64,000 bases of DNA, taken from contig CAVQGX010000022.1 in NCBI GenBank assembly GCA_963712115.1, positions 63,153 to 127,152 on the forward strand, in the 5' to 3' direction. A program made the position numbers and the translations under genes. The notes under the pieces were generated by a model. It ran no database searches, was not told the origin of the DNA, and saw only the letters and a list, made by a program, of their open reading frames with translations. Positions 41,364 through 50,487 of the stretch are shown here, one piece after another. How positions within the stretch are numbered: the first letter of the stretch is position 1; each line of letters opens with the position of its first letter. This DNA comes from an uncultured delta proteobacterium (GTDB lineage: Bacteria; Desulfobacterota; Syntrophobacteria; BM002).

Positions 41364-42068
41364 ATGGCGATGAAAGACTATCAAGTCAAAAGAATGTTCG
41401 AGAGCATTGCCTTCTCCTATGACTTCCAGAACAGCTTTCTATCGTTGAGGAGAGATTCATACTGGCGGAGGGTTATGGCTCAATGTCTTGAATTGCCGGC
41501 GGATGCTCTTGTACTCGATATGGCCACGGGTACAGGTGAAGTAGCAGTAGAGATTTGCAACCACCACCCGGAGGCCAGGGTCATTGGGGTAGATTTCTCC
41601 CCCAAGATGCTTACGATTGGACGGAGAAAGGGAAAGTTCAAGAAGTTCGCCAGCCGTATTCACTTGAGCCTGGGCGATGGCCGTCAGCTGCCTTTAAAGA
41701 GCGCCTCCTTCGAGGCAGCCACGATCGCATTCGGAATCAGGAACATTGAGGAACGAGACCAGGCGCTGAGAGAGTTCTACCGCGTGCTCAAGCCAGGGGG
41801 TCAACTCCTTATCATGGAGTTCGACATCCCTGACGATCCGTTGCTAGGCACTATGTACCGGCTTTACTTCGACTACCTATTGCCTCCTTTGGGCAACTGG
41901 CTCTCCCGGACAAATTATGCTTACAGCTATTTAGCCACTTCCGTACACGGGTTTCCGACTGCAAAAGAATTTTTGCAGGAAATGGGCAGAGCCGGATTCA
42001 CTTCCCTGGGGGTAAAGAAACTTACCTACGGGGTCGCCAAGATTTTTCGAGGGATCAAAAAGGCGTAG
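41364..42068 (+). CDS. ubiE: UbiE/MenG demethylmenaquinone methyltransferase
   Basis: MF..IA..YD..N..LS, LDMATGTGE, TIAFGIRN, RVLKPGG, AYSYL..S..FP. Confidence 0.88.
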   Translation: MAMKDYQVKRMFESIAFSYDFQNSFLSLRRDSYWRRVMAQCLELPADALVLDMATGTGEVAVEICNHHPEARVIGVDFSPKMLTIGRRKGKFKKFASRIHLSLGDGRQLPLKSASFEAATIAFGIRNIEERDQALREFYRVLKPGGQLLIMEFDIPDDPLLGTMYRLYFDYLLPPLGNWLSRTNYAYSYLATSVHGFPTAKEFLQEMGRAGFTSLGVKKLTYGVAKIFRGIKKA

Positions 42069-42078
42069 CCTTTTGGTC

Positions 42079-42153
42079 AGCCGGTTTTGCCCGTTAAGCC
42101 AGCTAAGCCGGTTATCTAGTAGCAACCGGCTAAACCGGCCAAACGGGCAAAAC
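42079..42153. repeat. Mirror pair of 9-nt repeats
   Basis: gccggtttt gcccgttaa gccagctaa ... aaccggcta aaccggcca aacgggcaa. Confidence 0.6.
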
Positions 42154-42190
42154 AAATGTGTCTTAGATTACGGACACCACAAGGTGGTAA

Positions 42191-42784
42191 ATGAAAGTTA
42201 ACTGGGCGGAAAGACTCTGGGTGAACAGCCCATTGCGATTTTTTATCCAACAGCGGGAAACCCGGTTTTTTAGAAGGTTGAGAAATCTAGAACCGGGAAC
42301 CAGGTGTTTGGAGATTGGCTGTGGCCATGGTGCAGGTGCCCGAATTATTATTAATACCTTCCAGCCCAGCCATCTTGATGGGCTGGACATTGATCCGTTT
42401 ATGATAAGACTGGCTTTGAGACGACAGCGGAAATGGACAGCTGAGCGGCTTCGATTTCTAGTGGGCGATGCCCAGAACCTTCCCTATGTTGACGGCAGCA
42501 TGGATGCTGTGTTCAATTTCGGCATCATTCACCACCTGGAAAATTGGAGACAGGGAATAAGTGAGATTGCTCGTGTGCTTAAAAGCGGGGGCGCATTCTA
42601 TTTCGAGGAGATTTACCCTCCCCTTTACGCCAATCCAATCACCCGCATATTACTTGAGCATCCCACTGAAAACCGTTTCCACGGCCCAGAGTACCGAGGT
42701 GCATTGCAAAGCGAGGGCTTCAGGTTGCTGCCGGGCTACAAGGAGTCACGCTTCGCCATTCTAGGAGTAGCAGTCAAAGAATAA
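42191..42784 (+). CDS. Class I SAM-dependent methyltransferase
   Basis: LEIGCGHG, GDAQNLPY, IIHH, RVLKSGG. Confidence 0.9.
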   Translation: MKVNWAERLWVNSPLRFFIQQRETRFFRRLRNLEPGTRCLEIGCGHGAGARIIINTFQPSHLDGLDIDPFMIRLALRRQRKWTAERLRFLVGDAQNLPYVDGSMDAVFNFGIIHHLENWRQGISEIARVLKSGGAFYFEEIYPPLYANPITRILLEHPTENRFHGPEYRGALQSEGFRLLPGYKESRFAILGVAVKE

Positions 42785-42785
42785 A

Positions 42786-42928
42786 AGGCACAAGGCATGA
42801 GGCACAAGGCATAAGAAAAGGAGTCAGAATTCAGCATTCATAGAATAAGAATTGAAACCAGTCTATCGTACTCTTGTCTACTGGAATGTATGAATTAGCC
42901 TTGCGCCCTGAGCCTTGCGCCTTAAGCC
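42786..42928. repeat. Mirror 7-nt repeats (AGGCACA / CCTTGCG)
   Basis: Periodic arms at both ends of the intergenic gap. Confidence 0.6.
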
Positions 42929-43002
42929 CAAATTACTGAGAGCTGGCAGCTGATAGCTGAAAAAAGGAGTTGCAATTGAGTGCTGGTAAGCTGAAAGACC
43001 TA

Positions 43003-43308
43003 ATGCCAAAACGGCCTCGCTACTATGATGATCTGCCAGGAAAGCTCAGAGACAAGCTGGCCAAGGTGTACCAAATATTGCAGGATGTGCCCTATATAAA
43101 CAAACAGCAGTTTGCCAAGTGGCAGGAGCGCTTCTGCTACTCCCCAGAACCTGAGCGTGAGATCGCCATATGGGAGTGGTTGGCCAGAGAGTATAAAGAA
43201 CAAACAGCCGGCGTACAAAACCAGCGAGAAAAGAATCGTATTTTTAAGAGACTATTATCCAAATCAGTTGACTACGAACCCTTAGGTGTGAGGAAGTTGC
43301 CGGAATAA
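43003..43308 (+). CDS. Hypothetical protein
   Basis: Protein-like ORF (W..RF....PEREIAIW); start 42970 or 43003. Confidence 0.6.
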   Translation: MPKRPRYYDDLPGKLRDKLAKVYQILQDVPYINKQQFAKWQERFCYSPEPEREIAIWEWLAREYKEQTAGVQNQREKNRIFKRLLSKSVDYEPLGVRKLPE

Positions 43309-43353
43309 GTAGAGGGCGCAAGGCACAAGGCATAGGGCTCAAGGTATGATTAG

Positions 43354-43582
43354 GTCATTTGGCTCCGCCGTCACTTGGGCTTCGCCCGTCATTAGGCCTT
43401 AAGGCCGTCACTTATTGTCATTTATAGTCATTTCTTCGCGCTCGCTGCGCTCCGCTCAGGCCCGCAAGCGGGTTCCCAGTTAGCCTTCGGCGTCATTCAT
43501 GGTCACTCTTTAGTGACAATAAATGACAGCGAAGCGTAATGACGGCCACCTTAGTGGCCTAGTGACAGCGTAGCGTAGTGAC
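43354..43582. repeat. GTCAY / RTGAC mirror array with mini-hairpin spacers
   Basis: Eight GTCAY units followed by five RTGAC units. Confidence 0.7.
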
Positions 43583-43599
43583 CCAGAAGTGGCTGTTAA

Positions 43600-43812
43600 T
43601 TACTCTGTGCTTCGCTGCTTCCCCTCATCTCCGTCTCGCCCTTCCTGTTCTTGGCGTTCGGCCGCGATTTCCTGCTGCGCTTTCCAGGCAGGACAGTACT
43701 TGCCATGCCAGGACATAACCTTGCCAAAAGGGGTTTCTGGATTTCGCCTGGCATAATTACATAAAGGGCAATTGTCACAGATCTTGCCCATTGTGCGATG
43801 AAGACGGTTCAT
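43600..43812 (-). CDS. Small Cys-rich protein
   Basis: CDNCPLC...HGKYCPAWKA; GAGG RBS. Confidence 0.7.
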   Translation of the reverse strand: MNRLHRTMGKICDNCPLCNYARRNPETPFGKVMSWHGKYCPAWKAQQEIAAERQEQEGRDGDEGKQRSTE

Positions 43813-43961
43813 TGGTTAATCCTCTGTAAGGAGTCAGAATCCAGGAGGCAGAGAGCATAGAGCATAGGGCATAGGATAACAGAATTTTCGAATTTAAAAT
43901 CCGCTATGCCGCAATGCCGCCATATCTCCCTGCGGCTCACGAAGTGAGCCTCATTTTTTTC

Positions 43962-43990
43962 TTGACAGTGTGAAAACCTTATCATAATAT
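43962..43990 (+). promoter_or_regulatory. Sigma70-like promoter with no downstream gene
   Basis: TTGACA-N17-TAATAT. Confidence 0.5.
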
Positions 43991-43996
43991 CCCCCA

Positions 43997-44172
43997 AACC
44001 CCTGCCTAAAAGGGGGATCTTTCCAAGCGCGACTGCTCCAATCTGGCGGTTGTCATTTCCCAGTTAGTGCTGCAAGTTCGAGTTAATGCGAGTGTGCGAT
44101 TGTAATTTTGGGCTGAACCCTGTGCTGTAGCTGATTCTAAAGTTAAAAGCTTAGGAAGATCCCCCTTTTTTC
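43997..44172 (+). ncRNA. Candidate structured non-coding RNA
   Basis: 21-nt terminal arms (44008-44028 / 44149-44169) pair, internal G-U-rich hairpin, T7 run at the end, promoter upstream. Confidence 0.4.
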
Positions 44173-44336
44173 AGAATACATCCTCGCTTCAAGCAACTTA
44201 GCCTGCGGTGTTTCAACCGTTAAACTCCTATTCGAGTTGTCTCTGGTCCGGAGTCCGTTCACCGCAGAGCGCACAGCATGTCATAAGCATCTAGTCATTC
44301 GCTCTGCGCTATGCGATTAAACGGGCAACTGAGGGT

Positions 44337-47300
44337 TTAATGGCGGGTTCGGCGATTATTTCTATTGTTGAACCGGGTGCTTTGCACAGGGCCGGGGCCA
44401 TTTGTAAGGACAGCAGAAACTACATCAGTGCCGAAGTAGCGATTCACCTCTTCAATCATATTGCGATGAGGTTTCACCCTCAATCTGTCACCTAACCTTA
44501 TAACGGTCTCGCACTTTTCATCACTACAGAGGTGGATGTAGGTTTTGCAGTCACCTTTATGCCTTTCCAAAATAGCCCTGAGATCCTCTAGATTTTCCTT
44601 GGTGACTTTATCAACCGGCAATTTTAGTTGAATGGCTTGGGTGAAATGTTCCCTGGCTTCCAGGAGGGTAAGAATCCGTTGTGCTATTACCTTCGCTCCC
44701 TTGTCTTCTTGCTGTAAGGTGCCCACAATCAGTAGAGGTTCGTCCACCTCAAGCAGATGGAGACTGTCTTTGTAGATGTCGGCAAAGATCACGACCTCCA
44801 CTGTACCTTGTCGGTCTTCTAGGGTTAAAAAGGCCATGCGATCTCCTTTTTTAGTAGTAATTTCCTTGAGATCAGCGTTGAGACCGCAGAGCATAATCTG
44901 GATTCCATCGGTTTTTTCCGTCAAACTAACCGTGTCCACAATGGCAAAGGATTTTATCTCTTTTTCATAACTGTCCAAGGGATGACCGCTGAAATAAAAG
45001 CCTAGGGCCTCTTTTTCTATGGCAAGTTTTTGCCGGTGGTTCCACTCAGGAATATTGGGAAGGGGAGGCTCGGAGCCACGCTGCTGTCCGGCAAAGGTGC
45101 CGAACATGCTAATTTGGCCGCTGAGCCGGTCTTTTTGAATGGTCTGGGCCATCTCCATGGAATCTTCAAGGGCGGCCATGACCTGGCTCCTTACGGGGTG
45201 AAGAGAATCAAAAGCGCCGCATTTGATAAGGCTTTCCACTACCCGCCGGTTGACCCGTTGCAGATCGACCCTCTCACAGAATTCATATAATGAAGCAAAG
45301 TTACCTCCGTCCAAGCGGGCTTCTATAATAAAGTCAACTGCAGCGCCACCGACGTTTTTAACTGCGCCAAGACCAAAACGGATGGCCTTGCCCACCACGG
45401 TGAATTCCCACTGGCTCAGATTCACATCGGGAGGAAGGATCTCTAGTCCCTTCTCCCGACATTCATTGACAAGCTTAACCAAGTTGTCGGAGTTGCTAAG
45501 AAAACTGTTTAGCAGTGCGGCCATGTACTCCAGAGGATAGTGAGCTTTGAGGTATGCGGTCTGGTAGGCGATGAGTGCATAAGCGGCACTGTGAGATTTG
45601 TTGAACCCGTAGCCGGCGAATTTCTCCATGAGGTCAAATATGTGAGCCGCCTTTTTGAGATCAATTCCATTGTCCTTTGCTCCTGCTAAGAATCGATCGC
45701 GCTGGGCTGCCATCACCTTCGGAATCTTCTTGCCCATAGCCCGCCGAAGGATATCGGCTTCACCGAGACTGTAGTGTGCTAAAACGCTGGCAATCTCCAT
45801 TACCTGTTCTTGATAGAGGATTACCCCGTAAGTTTCCTGGAGAATTTCGCGAAGCTCCTCCAGTTCATAATTAATTTTGATCTTACCGTGTTTTCCGCTG
45901 ATAAAATCGTCCACCATGCCGCTTTCTAGAGGACCAGGCCGATATAGGGCTACCAGCGCGGTAATATCGTTAAAATTTTCGGGCTTTAACCGCACTACGA
46001 GATCACGCATACCCGAGCTCTCCAATTGGAAAACCCCAGTAGTATCTCCCCTACAGAGGAGTTCGTAGGTTTTGGGGTCGTCCAGCGGAAGATCACGCAT
46101 ATTCAGCTCGATACCGTGGTTCTTATTTATCAGTTTTACTGCCTTGTCAATTACGGTCAGATTGCGCAGTCCCAGGAAGTCGAACTTGATGAGCCCCGCC
46201 TTTTCCACGTATTTCATGGGAAACTGGGTCACAACTTCGCCCTTGGAACCTTTGTAGAGAGGCATGTATTCCACAATGGGTTGATCGGAGATTACTACGC
46301 CGGCGGCATGGGTAGAGGCATGTCGGGTCAGACCCTCTAGGGCGAAGGCTACGTCAAAGAGCTCCTGAAGGGCAGGGTCTTTTCGAAGCTCCTGGAGACG
46401 AGGTTCACTCTTGAACGCTCTTTCTAGGGTCATATTTATAACTGAGGGGATAAGCTTAGCTATTTTGTCAACATCACCGTAAGCCATGCCGAGGGCGCGG
46501 CCAACATCACGAATGACTGCACGTGCCTGCATGGTCCCGAAAGTGGTAATCTGCGCGACCCGGTCCTTGCCGTAGCGCTCTGAAACATAATGAAGAACCT
46601 GGTCTCGGCCGTTCATGCAGAAATCAACATCAATATCTGGCAGACTCAGCCGTTCAACGTTAAGAAAACGCTCGAAAATCAGACCGTGTTCAATGGGATC
46701 GATATCAGTAATGCCAAGGCTGTAAGCAACAAGACTGCCGGCCGCAGATCCCCTGCCGGGGCCGACAGGTATTGACTTTTCCTTGGCAAAATTGACGAAG
46801 TCGGCAACGATTAGAAAATAGGTGCTAAATCCCATCTTTTGAATGACCGAGATCTCATGTGCCAGACGGCGGCGATACTTTTCAACTAACTCCGACCCAA
46901 AGTCTGGACGTTTTTTCCTTAAGTATTCGAGCCTCTTCTCAAAGCGCTTTATGGTTTCACTTTCAAAACGGGATTCTTCCGACTCACCTTGCTCAAGGGG
47001 GAAGTGAGGGAAATGTGGTTCATCCAGTTTTAGACTGACCTGGCACCGCTCAGCTATTTCCAGGGTATTTCGCAGGGCAGTCGGTACTGCACTGAAACTC
47101 GTCCACATCTGTTCCGGAGATTTGAAAAAAAGTTCGCTAGTGGAAAAGCGCATTCGTTTTTCCTCTTGAACAGTCTTGCCCGTTTGGATGCAGAGGAGTA
47201 CATCGTGTGCCTTGGCGTCCTCAGCCCTTAAATAATGGCAATCATTAGTTGCAACTAAGGGGATGCCGGTTTTTTCGCTTAGGTGGATGAGGTCGCGATT

Positions 47301-47864
47301 AACGATCTCCTGTTCGGCTGTCCCCGTGGCTTGCAGTTCTAAATAGAAATTATCCCTGCCGAAGATGTCCCGATACTCCAGGGCGGCCTTTTCAGCGCGG
47401 GTGTAGCTGGCAGCCAATAGATGTGATGCCACCTCTCCGTGGAGGCAGGAGGACAGGGCAATGATTCCCTCATGATGTAAGGCAAGTAACTCTTTATCCA
47501 CCCTGGGCTTATAGTAAAATCCCTCGAAGTTGGCCAGGGTCAATAGTTTGAGCAAGTTGCGATAACCGGCATTGTTCTCAGCCAAAAGAACAATGTGATA
47601 GGTTCGCCCTCCGGTCTCACTCTCACCTCGATCTTGGCGGCTTTGTGGCGCTATATATACCTCACATCCTATAATTGGCTTAATCCCAAGATTGTTTGCC
47701 TTCACATAAAATTCCAGTACTCCATGCATGTTGCCGTGGTCCGTTATGGCCACAGCAGGCATACCGAATGCCTTGGCTGTCTCTAGCATGTCCTTTATGC
47801 GTATGGCACCGTCGAGAAGGGAGTATTCGCTGTGAACGTGAAGATGGACGAATTCTTTAGGCAT
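44337..47864 (-). CDS. dnaE: DNA polymerase III alpha subunit
   Basis: HLHVHSEYSLLDG, GPGRGSAAGS, PDIDVDF, KFDFLGL, YGFNKSH. Confidence 0.98.
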   Translation of the reverse strand: MPKEFVHLHVHSEYSLLDGAIRIKDMLETAKAFGMPAVAITDHGNMHGVLEFYVKANNLGIKPIIGCEVYIAPQSRQDRGESETGGRTYHIVLLAENNAGYRNLLKLLTLANFEGFYYKPRVDKELLALHHEGIIALSSCLHGEVASHLLAASYTRAEKAALEYRDIFGRDNFYLELQATGTAEQEIVNRDLIHLSEKTGIPLVATNDCHYLRAEDAKAHDVLLCIQTGKTVQEEKRMRFSTSELFFKSPEQMWTSFSAVPTALRNTLEIAERCQVSLKLDEPHFPHFPLEQGESEESRFESETIKRFEKRLEYLRKKRPDFGSELVEKYRRRLAHEISVIQKMGFSTYFLIVADFVNFAKEKSIPVGPGRGSAAGSLVAYSLGITDIDPIEHGLIFERFLNVERLSLPDIDVDFCMNGRDQVLHYVSERYGKDRVAQITTFGTMQARAVIRDVGRALGMAYGDVDKIAKLIPSVINMTLERAFKSEPRLQELRKDPALQELFDVAFALEGLTRHASTHAAGVVISDQPIVEYMPLYKGSKGEVVTQFPMKYVEKAGLIKFDFLGLRNLTVIDKAVKLINKNHGIELNMRDLPLDDPKTYELLCRGDTTGVFQLESSGMRDLVVRLKPENFNDITALVALYRPGPLESGMVDDFISGKHGKIKINYELEELREILQETYGVILYQEQVMEIASVLAHYSLGEADILRRAMGKKIPKVMAAQRDRFLAGAKDNGIDLKKAAHIFDLMEKFAGYGFNKSHSAAYALIAYQTAYLKAHYPLEYMAALLNSFLSNSDNLVKLVNECREKGLEILPPDVNLSQWEFTVVGKAIRFGLGAVKNVGGAAVDFIIEARLDGGNFASLYEFCERVDLQRVNRRVVESLIKCGAFDSLHPVRSQVMAALEDSMEMAQTIQKDRLSGQISMFGTFAGQQRGSEPPLPNIPEWNHRQKLAIEKEALGFYFSGHPLDSYEKEIKSFAIVDTVSLTEKTDGIQIMLCGLNADLKEITTKKGDRMAFLTLEDRQGTVEVVIFADIYKDSLHLLEVDEPLLIVGTLQQEDKGAKVIAQRILTLLEAREHFTQAIQLKLPVDKVTKENLEDLRAILERHKGDCKTYIHLCSDEKCETVIRLGDRLRVKPHRNMIEEVNRYFGTDVVSAVLTNGPGPVQSTRFNNRNNRRTRH

Positions 47865-47990
47865 AGGAGTGGTTCCTTAGCTTCCAAGCACAAAATAGAT
47901 AAGACTGCCTGATCTGCGATGTGGGATGCAGCAGAAAAAAATGTTTTATCTCACATCCCAGATCTCATATCTCACATCTCGTTTACTGCT

Positions 47991-49085
47991 TCAGTTAGTC
48001 CTAATTCTGTCAAGACTCCCCTTGAGTTGCTCCACAGTAATCGGATGAATGACGGTCTGGCCAATTTTGGAGATAAGGACTAAGTGGCAAATCTTCCCTT
48101 GGATCTTCTTATCCTTTTCCAAAGCGGACAAAAGTGATTCTGAATGTATATCCTCAGGTAATCCAGTGGGCAACCCTAATCTCTGGATTAATCTCAAAGC
48201 ACGGTCCGCTTCATCCTGGTCGAGTCCGGCCCATTGTTGTGAAAACCGGATTGCCACGCCCATTCCGGCGGCCACCGCCTGTCCGTGGGTTAAACTGTAT
48301 TGGGAAGCGGCCTCAAGAGCATGACCCAAAGTGTGCCCAAAGTTGAGGATGCGGCGCAAGCCGCTTTCATGCTCATCTTGGCTCACCACCCGGCATTTCA
48401 CTTCGGCTGCCTTAAAAATGATAGTTTCCAGCACCTCATTAGCAGAGTCGAGCAGATGAGTCCCTTTATTCTCCAGTAGAGCAAAGAGTTCAGAGTCTGC
48501 AATAAGAGCCGCTTTAATTATCTCGGCAAATCCCTCCCGTCTGGCTTCGACCGGTAGAGTGACCAACACATCCGGGTCAGACACCACCAGTAAAGGTTGA
48601 TGGAAAGCGCCTAAGAGATTCTTACCCGAGGGGAGATCAATCCCCGTTTTCCCCCCAATGGCGCTGTCCACCTGAGCGAGCAGGGTTGTGGGAACTTGAA
48701 TGTAAGGGATGCCTCGCATAAAGATGGCAGCGGCAAAGCCTGCAACATCGCCTACCACCCCGCCGCCAACGGCAATGAGGAGACTCTTACGGTCAAACCC
48801 CCTGGCGATTAGCTGCTGGCACAATTGGAGAACAATCTCCATATTTTTTGCGCTTTCACCAGGTGGAAAGGAAAGCAACTCGGAATTTATGTCGTGAGAG
48901 CGTAGATTGGCTTGAAGTTGTTCGGCCACCAATGGTCTGACAAAGTCATCAGTTACCAGGCCATAAGAGGAAAAGCTGCCGATCCTTTTTATCTCGCTGT
49001 GGAGGTCATTTAGAATGCCGCGCCCTACCAGGACGTCATATGAGCGATCGATTGCTCCTTTCAGCTCTAAACGAAGACTTTGCAT
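47991..49085 (-). CDS. aroB: 3-dehydroquinate synthase
   Basis: GGGVVGD, PTTLLAQVDSAIGGKTG, LNFGHTLGHALE, HGQAV, DKK. Confidence 0.96.
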   Translation of the reverse strand: MQSLRLELKGAIDRSYDVLVGRGILNDLHSEIKRIGSFSSYGLVTDDFVRPLVAEQLQANLRSHDINSELLSFPPGESAKNMEIVLQLCQQLIARGFDRKSLLIAVGGGVVGDVAGFAAAIFMRGIPYIQVPTTLLAQVDSAIGGKTGIDLPSGKNLLGAFHQPLLVVSDPDVLVTLPVEARREGFAEIIKAALIADSELFALLENKGTHLLDSANEVLETIIFKAAEVKCRVVSQDEHESGLRRILNFGHTLGHALEAASQYSLTHGQAVAAGMGVAIRFSQQWAGLDQDEADRALRLIQRLGLPTGLPEDIHSESLLSALEKDKKIQGKICHLVLISKIGQTVIHPITVEQLKGSLDRIRTN

Positions 49086-49146
49086 CGCTCGCTCACTTCG
49101 CTCGCCGCAAAGCGCCAAGCTCATAGCGTCTGGTTCATTGCTTATT

Positions 49147-50190
49147 TCAAGCTGCCTGCTGATTGCGGCTTTCGAGCAATCTCGCCCTCTGTTCCTCGGT
49201 CAAAATTGGCAGAATAGCCTCTACCATCTCAGTGAATTGCGAGGGCAATAGGGCTTGCTGGCCGTCACTTAAAGCCATTTCCGGTTCATGGTGTACTTCA
49301 ACCATCAACCCGTGGGCACCGGCAGCCACAGAAGCCCGACTCATGGGGATAACCTGGTCGCGGCGGCCACAAGCGTGGCTTGGGTCGACTATCACCGGAA
49401 GATGTGTCTCTTTCTTTACCACCGGTATGGCACTGAGATCCAAAGTGTTGCGAGAGTGGTCAGCGAATGTTCTGACACCGCGCTCGCACAAAATCACATT
49501 GGGATTTCCTTTGGCCATAATGTATTCGGCAGCCATAAGCCATTCTTGTATTGTGGCAGCCATGCCGCGCTTGAGCAGAACGGGCTTTTTAGCCTCGCCG
49601 GCCCGGTTAAGCAAGGAGAAGTTCTGCATATTTCGAGCACCAATCTGGATGATATCAGCGTATTCCTCCACAAGGTCGCAGAGCTCGTGATCCAATGCTT
49701 CGGTAACAATGTACAAACCAGTTTCTTCCCGGACTTTGACCAATATCTTTAGACCTTCCTCTCCAAGACCCTGAAAACTATAGGGCGAAGTACGCGGCTT
49801 GTAGGCACCTCCACGAAAAATGCGGGCACCTTGGCTCTTGACCGCTTTAGCGATGGTGAGAGCTTGCGACTCACTCTCCACCGCGCAAGGACCGGCCACA
49901 AGGACGAAGTTGTCGCCGCCAATTGCCACTTCTCCGACCTTGACGATGGTGTCAACTAGTTCGAACTCTCTACTCACAAGCTTGTAAGGTTTTGAAACAG
50001 GGATACACTCTTTCACCCCAGGCAAAAGGAGAAATGGGGCAGGATCAACCGGCCCTCGGTTCTGAAGGATGCCTATAGCGGTGCGCTCACCACCCCTTAT
50101 TTCTCGGGCTAGGTAGCCTTGTCCCTGGATGGCTGTCAAGACCTGGTTTATTTCTTCTTCGGTGGCGTAACTGCTCATAACCACCAACAT
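49147..50190 (-). CDS. aroF: DAHP synthase, type I-beta with N-terminal regulatory domain
   Basis: AGPCAVES, RGGAYKPRTSPYSFQG, QIGARNMQN, CERG, DPSH; AAGGAG RBS. Confidence 0.95.
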   Translation of the reverse strand: MLVVMSSYATEEEINQVLTAIQGQGYLAREIRGGERTAIGILQNRGPVDPAPFLLLPGVKECIPVSKPYKLVSREFELVDTIVKVGEVAIGGDNFVLVAGPCAVESESQALTIAKAVKSQGARIFRGGAYKPRTSPYSFQGLGEEGLKILVKVREETGLYIVTEALDHELCDLVEEYADIIQIGARNMQNFSLLNRAGEAKKPVLLKRGMAATIQEWLMAAEYIMAKGNPNVILCERGVRTFADHSRNTLDLSAIPVVKKETHLPVIVDPSHACGRRDQVIPMSRASVAAGAHGLMVEVHHEPEMALSDGQQALLPSQFTEMVEAILPILTEEQRARLLESRNQQAA

Positions 50191-50339
50191 ATGAATCTCC
50201 TTTCCGGGGCTATCAAATGGAGCTAAGAGAAGGGTCGGAAACTTACAGTCGAAAGCGCTCCCGAGATTTCCATGCGCTTGGATCTTACCAGGTGGCAACT
50301 CCTACTAGCATAGACCCCCGGTGCTGTCAATTTGTTTCC

Positions 50340-50480
50340 CATTCCGCTCACTGCGTTCGCAGTTGGAGGTTAGAGGCTCGCTTCGCTTAAGGTTTGAGGC
50401 TGAAAACCCTTTTGCCTCCAACCTCAAGGCGCCTGGCGCCGGTCCTCCATCCTCGAGTCCCGGATACTTTCGGGACGGTC
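50340..50480. repeat. REP-like hairpin cluster
   Basis: GTTGGAGG...CCTCCAAC arms and several short GC hairpins. Confidence 0.5.
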
Positions 50481-50487
50481 GGCTTTC

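Noticed and set aside
43354-43582. CRISPR array
   Set aside because: Repeats are only 5-7 nt, spacers are 3-16 nt and self-complementary, and there are no cas genes
43997-44172. Labelling the candidate RNA as 6S RNA
   Set aside because: Size and end pairing fit, but I could not see the long rod with central bubble or conserved 6S motifs
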